A stretch of DNA of 13,933 bases from Anaerolineales bacterium (GCA_004377365.1 SOHZ01000211.1:1-13933); one strand, 5' to 3'; positions 1 through 7,256 are shown, numbered from the stretch's first letter. A program made the numbers and translations. Notes: generated by a model from the sequence alone, not told the origin.

Positions 1-2240
1 TCAAAAAACTCTTCGTTGTATTTCCCACCTGCGTTCCAGAAAGTCCAGCCACAGGAGCCAGCATCGTCGGCCGCTTGCCTTTGGGCCTGGTACTGCTCTG
101 GCCCATAGACCACGTCGTTTAAGGAATAGTGCTGCAACCAGGGCCTGACTTTGGTGGTGACTGGGACCCGTTTGGCGGCTTCCAACTGGCTGCGGTAAAT
201 CACGTCATAGGGCTGGAGGACCGGATTGTCATGGCCCAGATTGCCTGGCTCAAAAGTCGCGGGATAAAGCATCGGACACAAATAGTCCACATAGGGAGCA
301 ATGTCTTGCACTCGCTGGCCGATGCCCATATCGCTGTAGGGCGCTACCCAAACTGTCAGGCCAAACACGTCGGCCGAGGTAAAGACGCCAAAGGGCTTGA
401 GCTCGGCTGTCAGACGCTCCATGAAAGCGCGGATGGTGGCGGTGCGAGTCTCCCGGGTATGCTTTTCATCATAAACGATGGCCGTGATGTCACCGTCAGA
501 GGGGAAACGGATATAGTCGAACTGGACTTCGTCAAAGCCCAAGGTTGCTACTTCCTTGGCGATGGCAATGTTGTAATCCTGTACATCCTGGCGGGAGGGA
601 ATACCCCATCCCAACCCTTCCCGGTCCAGCCAGACGGTGCCATCGGCCCGCCTGACCGCCCATTCGGGTCGGGCGTGGGCCAGAGGGTTATCCTTGAAAA
701 CGACGATGCGGGCAATGGTATAGATGTCCTTATCCTGGCAGAGCTTTAGCAGTTCCTTCAAAGTGAGCCAGCCCTTCCGCTCTCCCCCTACCCCCATCTC
801 TATGGCCAGGGGGACCTGGCTGCGGTAGGCCAGGAATCCACGGTCGCTCTTGACGTCCACCACGATAGCAGTAAGCTTCGTGCGATCCACCAGATCAATG
901 AGTTCAGTTATCCTTTCAGGCCGGCTCAGAATATTAAAAGGTATATAGAGCCCCCTGACCTCAAAAGGCGTGAGGGCAATGTCCAGACAGGGGGAGGCGG
1001 AGCAGGGGATGAGGGAAGGCGAAGGGTCCGACGCCGTGGCCGAGCCCAGAGTCAGCTTCTCTTTACGGTAGCCACTGGCCTTGACGATAAGAGTGGGCTC
1101 AGGGGGCAAATCCCTTAGCTCATAAGCGCCATCATCTCCGGCGGTAGTGATAGCCTCACCAAGGTAGATGAGAGCGCCGGTGATGGGCTGGCCGCTGTTA
1201 ATGTCCCGCACCGCCCCCTGCAAGACAGTGGGACGAAGGGCTATTTGCAGGGTGTCCTGACCCTGATAGGTGGTTTCCGCCGGAGCATAGTCCTGGGCCT
1301 GGGCCTGAAAAGTCTCTCCCAGGCCCACGCGCACAAAGGTGGCCTGGCCCGCAGCGTTGGTTGGGGCGGAGCGGTCGTCTGCGGTCACGGTCACACCAGT
1401 CAAGGGTCGGCCAGTGAAGAGGTCGCTTACGGCAACGAGGACCTCAGTCGGTCGCAGGGCGATGTCCAGCGGCACTGTTGCGCCGGTTGGATCTCCTCCA
1501 GCAAAGGGTATCTCCGTCCCGTAATAGCCCTCGGCTCGCACGGAGATAAGCGCGCCAGCCTTCACCCGGCGCAGGGTGTAGCTTCCCTCTTGATCAGTTT
1601 GCACCGTCTGCCCTGCCCAGGAGACGGTGGCCCCAGACACGGCCTCCCCTGTATCCTCAGCCCGCACCGCGCTCACCACAGTGTTGGGGATGAGAACGAT
1701 ATCGAAGGGCTCCCCCTTGACCAAGTGACCCTCACCGGGGACCTCACCTTTCCACTTCAGGTATCCATCGGCTTCGACGGTGAGAGTGGTTTCGCCTTTT
1801 ATCCTGGTCAAGCTGTAACGTCCGACCGAATCGGTCCTGAGGGAACGGCCATCCACCTGGACCGTGGCTCTGGCCACAGGCTCTCCATGGAGCTCATCCA
1901 CCACCGTGCCCCAGAGTCGGTTGGGACGCAGGGCAACGTTCAGCACGAAACCCCTGAAAAGTCCCTGGGGGGCCAGCTCCTCTTCCAGAGGCCGATAACC
2001 GGCCGCTTTCGCCGAGACCGTCAGCGTGCCTCTGACTCCTTCCAGACGGTAGCGCCCGGCCGCATCGGTTAGCACAGAACGGTGGCCAACGGTGACTGTA
2101 GCCCCAGCCAGAGGGTAGCCGGTGATCTCATCGCTGACCTGGCCATAGAGATACCCGGCGCTATTGAGATAAAGGTAGCACAGTATCAACCCCACCAGGG
2201 GGACAACCAGGAGAATAACCTTTCTCTTCATGACCGCCAT
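1..2240 (-). CDS. Edge-truncated multidomain secreted/membrane-anchored protein. It has an N-terminal signal/anchor (MAVMKRKVILLVVPLVGLIL...), ~5 CarboxypepD_reg-like beta-sandwich repeats (GxVxDxxTGxPLxGATVTV...TDxxGRYxL) and a C-terminal DUF4015-like putative glycoside-hydrolase TIM-barrel domain (…GFDEVQFDYIRFPSDGD…). The C-terminus continues beyond window position 1.
   Basis: My own minus-strand translation is stop-free from the ATG at 2240-2238 (alternative ATG at 2231-2229) down to position 1. The last codons, …KYNEEFF, run off the edge. The six-frame track lists only the spurious + strand ORFs 129..749 and 1245..2072 over this region. The repeat and domain calls come from recognisable sequence motifs, so the family assignment is inference. 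Confidence 0.75.
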   Translation of the reverse strand, partial: MAVMKRKVILLVVPLVGLILCYLYLNSAGYLYGQVSDEITGYPLAGATVTVGHRSVLTDAAGRYRLEGVRGTLTVSAKAAGYRPLEEELAPQGLFRGFVLNVALRPNRLWGTVVDELHGEPVARATVQVDGRSLRTDSVGRYSLTRIKGETTLTVEADGYLKWKGEVPGEGHLVKGEPFDIVLIPNTVVSAVRAEDTGEAVSGATVSWAGQTVQTDQEGSYTLRRVKAGALISVRAEGYYGTEIPFAGGDPTGATVPLDIALRPTEVLVAVSDLFTGRPLTGVTVTADDRSAPTNAAGQATFVRVGLGETFQAQAQDYAPAETTYQGQDTLQIALRPTVLQGAVRDINSGQPITGALIYLGEAITTAGDDGAYELRDLPPEPTLIVKASGYRKEKLTLGSATASDPSPSLIPCSASPCLDIALTPFEVRGLYIPFNILSRPERITELIDLVDRTKLTAIVVDVKSDRGFLAYRSQVPLAIEMGVGGERKGWLTLKELLKLCQDKDIYTIARIVVFKDNPLAHARPEWAVRRADGTVWLDREGLGWGIPSRQDVQDYNIAIAKEVATLGFDEVQFDYIRFPSDGDITAIVYDEKHTRETRTATIRAFMERLTAELKPFGVFTSADVFGLTVWVAPYSDMGIGQRVQDIAPYVDYLCPMLYPATFEPGNLGHDNPVLQPYDVIYRSQLEAAKRVPVTTKVRPWLQHYSLNDVVYGPEQYQAQRQAADDAGSCGWTFWNAGGKYNEEFF

Positions 2241-2267
2241 TATAACACAAGTCCTGTTTTCCAGCAA
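2239..2267 (-). promoter_or_regulatory. Putative promoter with an extended -10 (TGtTATAAT, - strand 2247-2239) and a weak -35 (TTGCTG, 2267-2262; 17-nt spacer). The TATAAT overlaps the first ATG, so the predicted TSS falls on the A of the second ATG (2231). This implies a leaderless mRNA starting at MKRKVILLVV.
   Basis: The hexamer is a perfect TATAAT with TGn directly upstream, read on the minus strand. No Shine-Dalgarno is present before either ATG. Confidence 0.4.
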
Positions 2268-2278
2268 TAAATTGGGTA

Positions 2279-2306
2279 TTTACTTTTTCGCAACCTGTGG
2301 TAAAAT
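2279..2306 (+). promoter_or_regulatory. Putative + strand promoter with an extended -10 (TGgTAAAAT, 2298-2306) and a weak -35 (TTTACT, 2279-2284). It is oriented toward the HEAT-repeat gene at 2461.
   Basis: Motif match read directly from the sequence. The same TGTGGTA[A/T]A[A/G]T element recurs at two other inferred promoters in the window. Confidence 0.35.
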
Positions 2307-2460
2307 AGTTGTAGACGATTTTGTCGTGTGCCTGGTGGAAGCGATATCGCCCGATGGTTTGGCGTAGGAGAGAGTCCATGTATTGGTGGACACTCTTGAC
2401 CGTGAACCGAGGCCATCAACGGATTTTTGCCGCATAATAAGTATAGTGAGGTGAGATCAA

Positions 2461-3345
2461 ATGAAGAATGGTGAGCATTTGACCAAAGAGGAAAAAATCG
2501 GGTTCTTGACCCATGTCGTCGAGGGAGAGGACTATTCTACCGATTACTGGCCCGTGCTTCGCGATTACCTCGAAGACAAAGACGCTCAAGTGCGCTCTCT
2601 GGCCCTCGACGGATTGTGGGACTATCCCGCACCAGAGCTGATCGCTCCGCTGTTCGAGATAGCCAGGAACGATCCCAGCCAGAAAGTCCGCCCCAAAGCT
2701 ATCGTGACATTGGGTCGCTATATTTATGAAGGAAACATGGCCGTCTATGACTTTGATTGGGGGGCCATGGAAGAGTTGATGCGGGAGGACGAACTGCCGG
2801 AAGAGGATTTCCTGAGAGTCAAGGATTTCCTCCTCGAGTTGGTCAGAGACGAAGGACAGCCTTTGGATTCACGGCGTTTTGCCATTGAGGCCCTCAGCTT
2901 CCTCAACGAGCCGGAGGTGCAAGACCTCATTGAGGCAGCCTATGCCCACCCTGATGTAAACATGAAGGTGAGCGCTATCTTCGCCATGGGGCGGCAAGGG
3001 GACCAACGGTGGGCAGACTCTCTCCTCAAAGAGCTAGACAGCGAGGTAAAGGAACTGCAGTATGAAGCGGTCAGATCTGCGGGTGAGGCTTGCTTAGATA
3101 AAGCTGCCCCTCGACTGAAGGATCTGGCCCTGGTTGATGACAAGAACCTGCAATTGGAGGCCATCTGGGCCCTGGGCAAGATAGGGGGAGAAAGTGTGTC
3201 CGAATTCCTGTATGATCTTGCTGATGACGAAGACGGGGAGGTCAGGGAGATGGCGGAGGCAGCTTTGGAGGAACTGAACCTGTGGTCCGAAGCCCTGGAG
3301 TGGGATGAGTTTGGCCAGTTGGGTGAAGACGACGAAAGCTGGTGA
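2461..3345 (+). CDS. HEAT-repeat (PBS-lyase HEAT-like) domain protein, strongly acidic, with a DE-rich C-terminal tail ending in W.
   Basis: 294-aa ORF. A GAGGTGAG Shine-Dalgarno sits 5-12 nt upstream of the ATG. The protein carries repeated ~30-aa units with the VR..A..ALG/WALG pattern typical of HEAT-like repeats (VRSLALDGL, VRPKAIVTLG, RRFAIEALSF, MKVSAIFAMG, LEAIWALGKIGG, VREMAEAAL). Confidence 0.8.
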   Translation: MKNGEHLTKEEKIGFLTHVVEGEDYSTDYWPVLRDYLEDKDAQVRSLALDGLWDYPAPELIAPLFEIARNDPSQKVRPKAIVTLGRYIYEGNMAVYDFDWGAMEELMREDELPEEDFLRVKDFLLELVRDEGQPLDSRRFAIEALSFLNEPEVQDLIEAAYAHPDVNMKVSAIFAMGRQGDQRWADSLLKELDSEVKELQYEAVRSAGEACLDKAAPRLKDLALVDDKNLQLEAIWALGKIGGESVSEFLYDLADDEDGEVREMAEAALEELNLWSEALEWDEFGQLGEDDESW

Positions 3346-3375
3346 AGCCAAAGGAGTGAGGGCGAAGGATCGAAA

Positions 3376-4305
3376 TCATATCACTAATTGATCGTATAGC
3401 CTCTCCAGACTCAAGTCCGGACACACTGTCTCTTTGCATTGCAGGGTGAGGGTGGCTGCAGAGACGCCCAGGCGCACGGCCTCGTCAATGGGGAAATCGT
3501 TGAGGAGGCCAAAAACCACCCCGGCCGTCAGAGCATCTCCAGCGCCAGTGCGGTCCACTACCTCAGAGCGGATAGCAGGGATGTAGCCACTGATTTCGTG
3601 GGTGGCGTAGCAAAGGCCCTTCTCAGCCAGGGTGAGGATAGCGATGTCCACACCCACAGCCACCAACCGTTTGGCTGCCCTTATGGCCTCGTTGCGGCTG
3701 ACCAGCCGGGCCTCGCAGAGGGCTTCCGCCTCGGACGCATCAGGGGTAACCATGTAGAGGTTCGGCAGATGCTGAATGAGCCGCTGGACCAGAATGGCTG
3801 AGGTGGGGTCGGCACAGACGGGCACATCGTACTTCTTGGCTGTGGAGATCAGGGAACGCATAGCCTTGGGGGAGAGGTTGGCGTCCATGACCACCATGTC
3901 CGCTTCCTTAATCAAACGGCGGCGGGCATAGATGTACTGGGGGGTTACCGATTCCATGATGTCCATGTCATCTATGGAGATGGATTTCTCTCCGGCTTCA
4001 TCAAGGATGGCCAGGTAAGCAGCCGAGGAGTGTTCGGTGTTGATCAACACTTGACTCACGTCAACGCCGCCAGCAGCGGTACATTCCAGGATACGTTGCC
4101 CCCACTCGTCATCACCCACGGCCGAGAGCAGGGTAGTCCGCACCCCCAGCCGGGCCAGGCTCTCGGCGATGTTGCGGCCCACGCCGCCCACGCTGATGCG
4201 GATATCACCGGGGTTAGAAGTACCCGGCATCAGAGCTTTTCTGGGCCGGCCTTTGGTATCCACACTGGCCGCGCCGACGACGATAACCTGGGGAGATTCC
4301 ACCAA
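3376..4305 (-). CDS. psuK: PfkB-family (ribokinase-like) carbohydrate/nucleoside kinase. The best match by motif is pseudouridine kinase (PsuK/YeiC-like).
   Basis: 309-aa ORF. It has an AAGGAG Shine-Dalgarno 8 nt upstream of a TTG start (a GTG alternative lies 3 nt downstream). Block-level similarity to E. coli YeiC/PsuK includes SNPGDIRISVGGVGRNIAESLARLGVRTTLLSAVGDD (compare SNPGKIKFTPGGVGRNIAQNLALLGNKAWLLSAVGSD). It also has AAYLAILDEAGEKSISIDDMDI, the PfkB anion-hole/catalytic motif DRTGAGDALTAG, and a C-terminal PDLSLERL. The symbol rests on that similarity only and was not verified by search. Confidence 0.85.
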   Translation of the reverse strand: MVESPQVIVVGAASVDTKGRPRKALMPGTSNPGDIRISVGGVGRNIAESLARLGVRTTLLSAVGDDEWGQRILECTAAGGVDVSQVLINTEHSSAAYLAILDEAGEKSISIDDMDIMESVTPQYIYARRRLIKEADMVVMDANLSPKAMRSLISTAKKYDVPVCADPTSAILVQRLIQHLPNLYMVTPDASEAEALCEARLVSRNEAIRAAKRLVAVGVDIAILTLAEKGLCYATHEISGYIPAIRSEVVDRTGAGDALTAGVVFGLLNDFPIDEAVRLGVSAATLTLQCKETVCPDLSLERLYDQLVI

Positions 4306-4323
4306 CGCCCCCTCTCCTTCTCT

Positions 4324-5187
4324 CTACTGAGCTAATTTGACTTGAGCCAGTCGCTTGCTACCCTTCTCCTCCAGATAGATGAGCTGCCCCCAAGCGCTGG
4401 CTACAGTCTCCCACTGTTGTTCCTCTTCAACGATGATGGTCTGTACACCTCCCGAGGTCCTTACCTGTCTCTCTTCTAATCCACTGTTGAAAGTCAATAA
4501 AGCGCGCACGCCTCCCGACGCCGTCCGCCTCCACTCCTGCACCTCAAGGGATGTATCATCACCCAACTTTTTCTCCGCAGCGCCAACGATCACCCCCAGC
4601 AGGCGGTCCTCGTGCATGAAGATCGGTTGGGGGACCAGCTCATCGAGCCCGTGGGCATAGTCGCGGATGGCCATGAGCATGGCTGAGAGGGTGACGTTAA
4701 CGAAAGCCAGGGAGAAGGCGATGGTCAGCAGGACCCTTACCAAGCCACGGGTCCTCTCAGTGTCAAGGACAAAGACCACCGCCAGGCCCAGGATCAAGGC
4801 TAAGGTAAAAGCGACCAGCGAGATCACTGACAGAGGGGGATTCCAGCCTTTTTTGATTCGCCGCAGCCACTCGTATTCCCGCAGACTGAGCTTGAGCGCG
4901 TGAGTGAATAGGAAGATGATGAAGCACAGAAGGATAGCCAGAGGCACTACAACGCGCATGGCAGCAACGGTGTTGAAGGTATCCCACAGCAAGGCGGGGA
5001 CAAGGGGCAACACCAGCGAGACCAGAGCCAAAAGTCCCCACACGCTGCCGAAGAAAAAGTCGCTGAACCTGACCAGAGAGCCCAGGTTCTTGTGTCGGTG
5101 CCAGTTCCTGTTGTCAGCGCCGCACCTGGGACATTCCTCTGGACGTTCTTCGCTGTATTCGCCTTTGCAAGATATGCAGGTTGCCAT
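4324..5187 (-). CDS. Integral membrane protein with an N-terminal cytoplasmic zinc ribbon (CISCKGEY…CPRCGADN), 4 predicted TM helices, and a ~110-aa C-terminal soluble domain of unknown function. It may be an NfeD-like partner of the upstream SPFH protein.
   Basis: 287-aa ORF. An AGGAAGGA Shine-Dalgarno lies 7 nt upstream of the ATG. It sits 36 bp downstream of the SPFH gene stop and 18 bp upstream of the kinase gene, on the same strand. The two CxxC pairs and four hydrophobic 20-25-aa segments are read from the sequence. The NfeD analogy is inference. Confidence 0.75.
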   Translation of the reverse strand: MATCISCKGEYSEERPEECPRCGADNRNWHRHKNLGSLVRFSDFFFGSVWGLLALVSLVLPLVPALLWDTFNTVAAMRVVVPLAILLCFIIFLFTHALKLSLREYEWLRRIKKGWNPPLSVISLVAFTLALILGLAVVFVLDTERTRGLVRVLLTIAFSLAFVNVTLSAMLMAIRDYAHGLDELVPQPIFMHEDRLLGVIVGAAEKKLGDDTSLEVQEWRRTASGGVRALLTFNSGLEERQVRTSGGVQTIIVEEEQQWETVASAWGQLIYLEEKGSKRLAQVKLAQ

Positions 5188-5223
5188 AGATTCATCCTTC
5201 CTGAAACAGAGTAATCGTGACGG

Positions 5224-6888
5224 CTATTGGCTTTGTCCCTCGTCGTCAGGCACCTTGTCTCCGGGCTCTTCGAGTGCACCGCCTATGCGACGCCTGGGCC
5301 ACAGCAGTCGCCTATCTCCGCCAATGACAATGGTCTTTTGTCCATCGCTTTTGGCTATGGCTTCCAACACCTCAATGTAACGGCGCGCGGCCACGTCGTC
5401 TGCTGTCATATCACGGGATAGTTGTTCTACGATGTTGATAAAACGAAGGGCTACATTCGCGTTAATTGCGCCGAGGTGCGCCACCTGCTTCAGTATCTTC
5501 TCTCTGACCTCATATTTTACTCCTTCCAGTGCAGTGATAGCCCTGGCTTCCGCTTCCGCCTTCTTCAAAAAGGCAACTTTCTGAGCCTCCGCTTTCGCGA
5601 TCAAAGCTTCTCCCTCTCCCTCCGCCTCTTTGATCGCTATCCTCTTCTTCCACTCCGCCCCCCACCAATCCAGCAATTTCTCCAACACGCCCTCTCGTAT
5701 CTTTATCTCCCTGATGTCCACCCCCTGAATCTGGGCACCCCACTCGGGGGCTGCGGCGCTCAACCTCTCCCTGATCTTGTTCTCTATTTCTTTGATCGTC
5801 CGCTGGTCGGGGTCAAATCCCCCCGGCTCTCCTTCTACTTCGCCTACCCGCTTGAAAATCTCATCAAAGTTATAGGTAGCGATGATATCGCGCAGGAGAT
5901 TCTGGCCAGAACCCGGAGCTATGACCCCCCACCCGCTCGCAGGAACATGGTAGACGGCTTTCTCCAGCGTAGCCCTGTAAGTCTTGTATAGGGTGCCAAT
6001 CACCTCTGACAAAGCTTCACCGTGGGGTTCAACAAAGCTCTCTGGCCTTTGGTCTGTCGCATCTTTGGGCTCAATCTGAGAGCCCACTTTCATGGTTATA
6101 GTCAGTGGAATACGATCCTTGGTGAGTACATTTTCGGTCTCTCTCGTCTCCGATTGGGGACGCAGGTCGAAAATGGCCCTTATGCGCTCATACTGCTTTA
6201 ACAAGACCAGCCCGGAACCAACGATTTGGGAAATTTTGCCAGCTCGCTGGAAAACAACAGCATTGCCAGCCCGGATGACGGCGAGACCGGGTCCCCCGAT
6301 TACAGAGAGAATGCCCTTAGGCTTACTCTGGGTCGCTTTGCCATCCTCTATGATCATCCAGGGATAGTTGATGCCCATGATCAGGCTCCACAGCACCCGC
6401 AGAGCATCCTTTCGCCTGATGCCGTGAACCTCGTGAAGGGCCAGGATGTATTCTGAGCTAACCAGCGTAACGGCCAGCAAAGGCACACCCACTACAGAGA
6501 CACCTGTTATCAGACCAAGCACCGTGGACAGGATGATCTGTTCGGTCAGCCCACCAATGAGGAAATTCACCACCTTGTTTTCCTCGACAAGTCTGCCCAC
6601 CGTTTTGTTGGTAGCCAGGAACATCTGTAGCCCTGTGCCAGTCAGAACCGTGATGACAAAAACTAGGTAGAGGGTTATCAAGAGCCTACGCAATTTTGGC
6701 GAAGGCAGGTAGAAAATGAGGAAAAGCAAACCAGTGATAAGCAGCACATAGCCAGCTATCCAATGGATCTTGAAGGACAGGGCGACAATACCAAGGAGTA
6801 CCAACGCCACTACCAGGCGCTTCTTGATAGCTTTCCTCTTTCCGCTATCCTCTTCTATCTCTGGTTCAAAATCATAATCATTGTTCAT
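5224..6888 (-). CDS. SPFH/band-7 (stomatin-prohibitin-flotillin-HflK/C) family protein, flotillin-like. It has an N-terminal multi-TM region (~4 helices), a central SPFH domain, and a C-terminal EA-rich coiled coil (EAEGEGEALIAKAEAQKVAFLKKAEAEARAITALEG).
   Basis: The six-frame ORF is 5224..6927 (TTG). I prefer the ATG at 6888 (MNNDYDF…) because a GGGAGGG Shine-Dalgarno lies 6 nt upstream. Either start gives the same gene. The SPFH core GILSVIGGPGLAVIRAGNAVVFQRAGKISQIVGSGLVLL and the flotillin-type EA repeats are recognisable. Confidence 0.85.
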   Translation of the reverse strand: MNNDYDFEPEIEEDSGKRKAIKKRLVVALVLLGIVALSFKIHWIAGYVLLITGLLFLIFYLPSPKLRRLLITLYLVFVITVLTGTGLQMFLATNKTVGRLVEENKVVNFLIGGLTEQIILSTVLGLITGVSVVGVPLLAVTLVSSEYILALHEVHGIRRKDALRVLWSLIMGINYPWMIIEDGKATQSKPKGILSVIGGPGLAVIRAGNAVVFQRAGKISQIVGSGLVLLKQYERIRAIFDLRPQSETRETENVLTKDRIPLTITMKVGSQIEPKDATDQRPESFVEPHGEALSEVIGTLYKTYRATLEKAVYHVPASGWGVIAPGSGQNLLRDIIATYNFDEIFKRVGEVEGEPGGFDPDQRTIKEIENKIRERLSAAAPEWGAQIQGVDIREIKIREGVLEKLLDWWGAEWKKRIAIKEAEGEGEALIAKAEAQKVAFLKKAEAEARAITALEGVKYEVREKILKQVAHLGAINANVALRFINIVEQLSRDMTADDVAARRYIEVLEAIAKSDGQKTIVIGGDRRLLWPRRRIGGALEEPGDKVPDDEGQSQ

Positions 6889-6986
6889 CGCGAACCCTCC
6901 CACGCGGTCCTTTCGGCCAGACAGCAAACCACGGGATAAATCGCTTCGTCACTGGGCAGGCTATCAGGGAAAAGAATCCTATCTAT

Positions 6987-7018
6987 ACTATACCACAATT
7001 TTGCACAAAAATAAAGAC
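6987..7018 (-). promoter_or_regulatory. Putative proximal promoter of the SPFH operon, with an extended -10 (TGgTATAGT, - strand 6995-6987) and a weak -35 (TTTATT). It would give a ~90-nt leader.
   Basis: Motif read on the minus strand. The same TGTGGTA-type extended -10 appears at 2296-2306 (+) and 7204-7214 (-). Confidence 0.35.
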
Positions 7019-7045
7019 CCTTTACAAACGATTTTGGGGCATTTC

Positions 7046-7082
7046 CCAACAAAAAGAGGCTGCCCTTTTTCGGAACAGCCTC
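7046..7082 (-). terminator. Intrinsic-terminator-like hairpin on the minus strand. The stem is GAGGCUG/CAGCCUC (7 bp, 7082-7056) with a 13-nt loop, followed immediately by UUUUUGUU (7055-7048).
   Basis: The inverted repeat and the downstream T-run are seen directly. On the + strand no T-run follows the stem, so the orientation is minus. Confidence 0.5.
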
Positions 7083-7197
7083 GTGACCGGTTTTAACTAT
7101 CCCATGCCCCAAGGGCAGCGGCGCACATGATCCGGGTACAGGCAAGTACCGAGAAAGGCGACACACAGCAATGCGTTAATCAACTCGCCCCCCACGT
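7046..7197 (-). ncRNA. Candidate ~150-nt small RNA, or an attenuator-type leader. It runs from the extended -10 promoter at 7204-7212 to the terminator at 7046-7082 and has no credible ORF or RBS.
   Basis: The promoter-like element and the terminator are ~150 nt apart on the same strand in an ORF-free intergenic region. Internal stem-loops include GGUAC-uugccu-GUACC and GGCGA…UCGCC. I know of no sRNA family it matches, so this is inference. Confidence 0.3.
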
Positions 7198-7203
7198 GCC
7201 ACC

Positions 7204-7235
7204 ATTTTACCACATTTGCCCGGCAAAGGGAAGCC
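7204..7235 (-). promoter_or_regulatory. Putative distal minus-strand promoter with an extended -10 (TGgTAAAAT, 7212-7204) and a poor -35.
   Basis: The TGnTAAAAT element is identical to the + strand element at 2298-2306. It lies back-to-back with the + strand promoter at 7257-7285, ~45 bp apart. Confidence 0.3.
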
Positions 7236-7256
7236 CTTTTGACGTTCATGGCGAAT

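Noticed and set aside
129-2072. Six-frame + strand ORFs 129..749, 1245..2072 and 1339..1524
   Set aside because: They lie antisense to a continuous, domain-rich minus-strand reading frame (1-2240). Their translations are low-complexity (G/S/R-rich) with no motifs, typical of a shadow frame in high-GC DNA.
3346-3375. Looked for a bidirectional terminator between the convergent HEAT-repeat and PfkB kinase genes
   Set aside because: The 30-bp gap contains no stable inverted repeat or T-run. Termination signals, if any, must overlap the coding ends or be factor-dependent.
4379-5421. Plus-strand ORFs overlapping the minus-strand membrane-protein genes (4379..4660, 4667..4903, 4904..5380, 5227..5421, 5422..5991)
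   Set aside because: They are antisense shadows of well-supported genes that have Shine-Dalgarno sites and TM/SPFH features. They lack an RBS and are compositionally S/R/P-rich.
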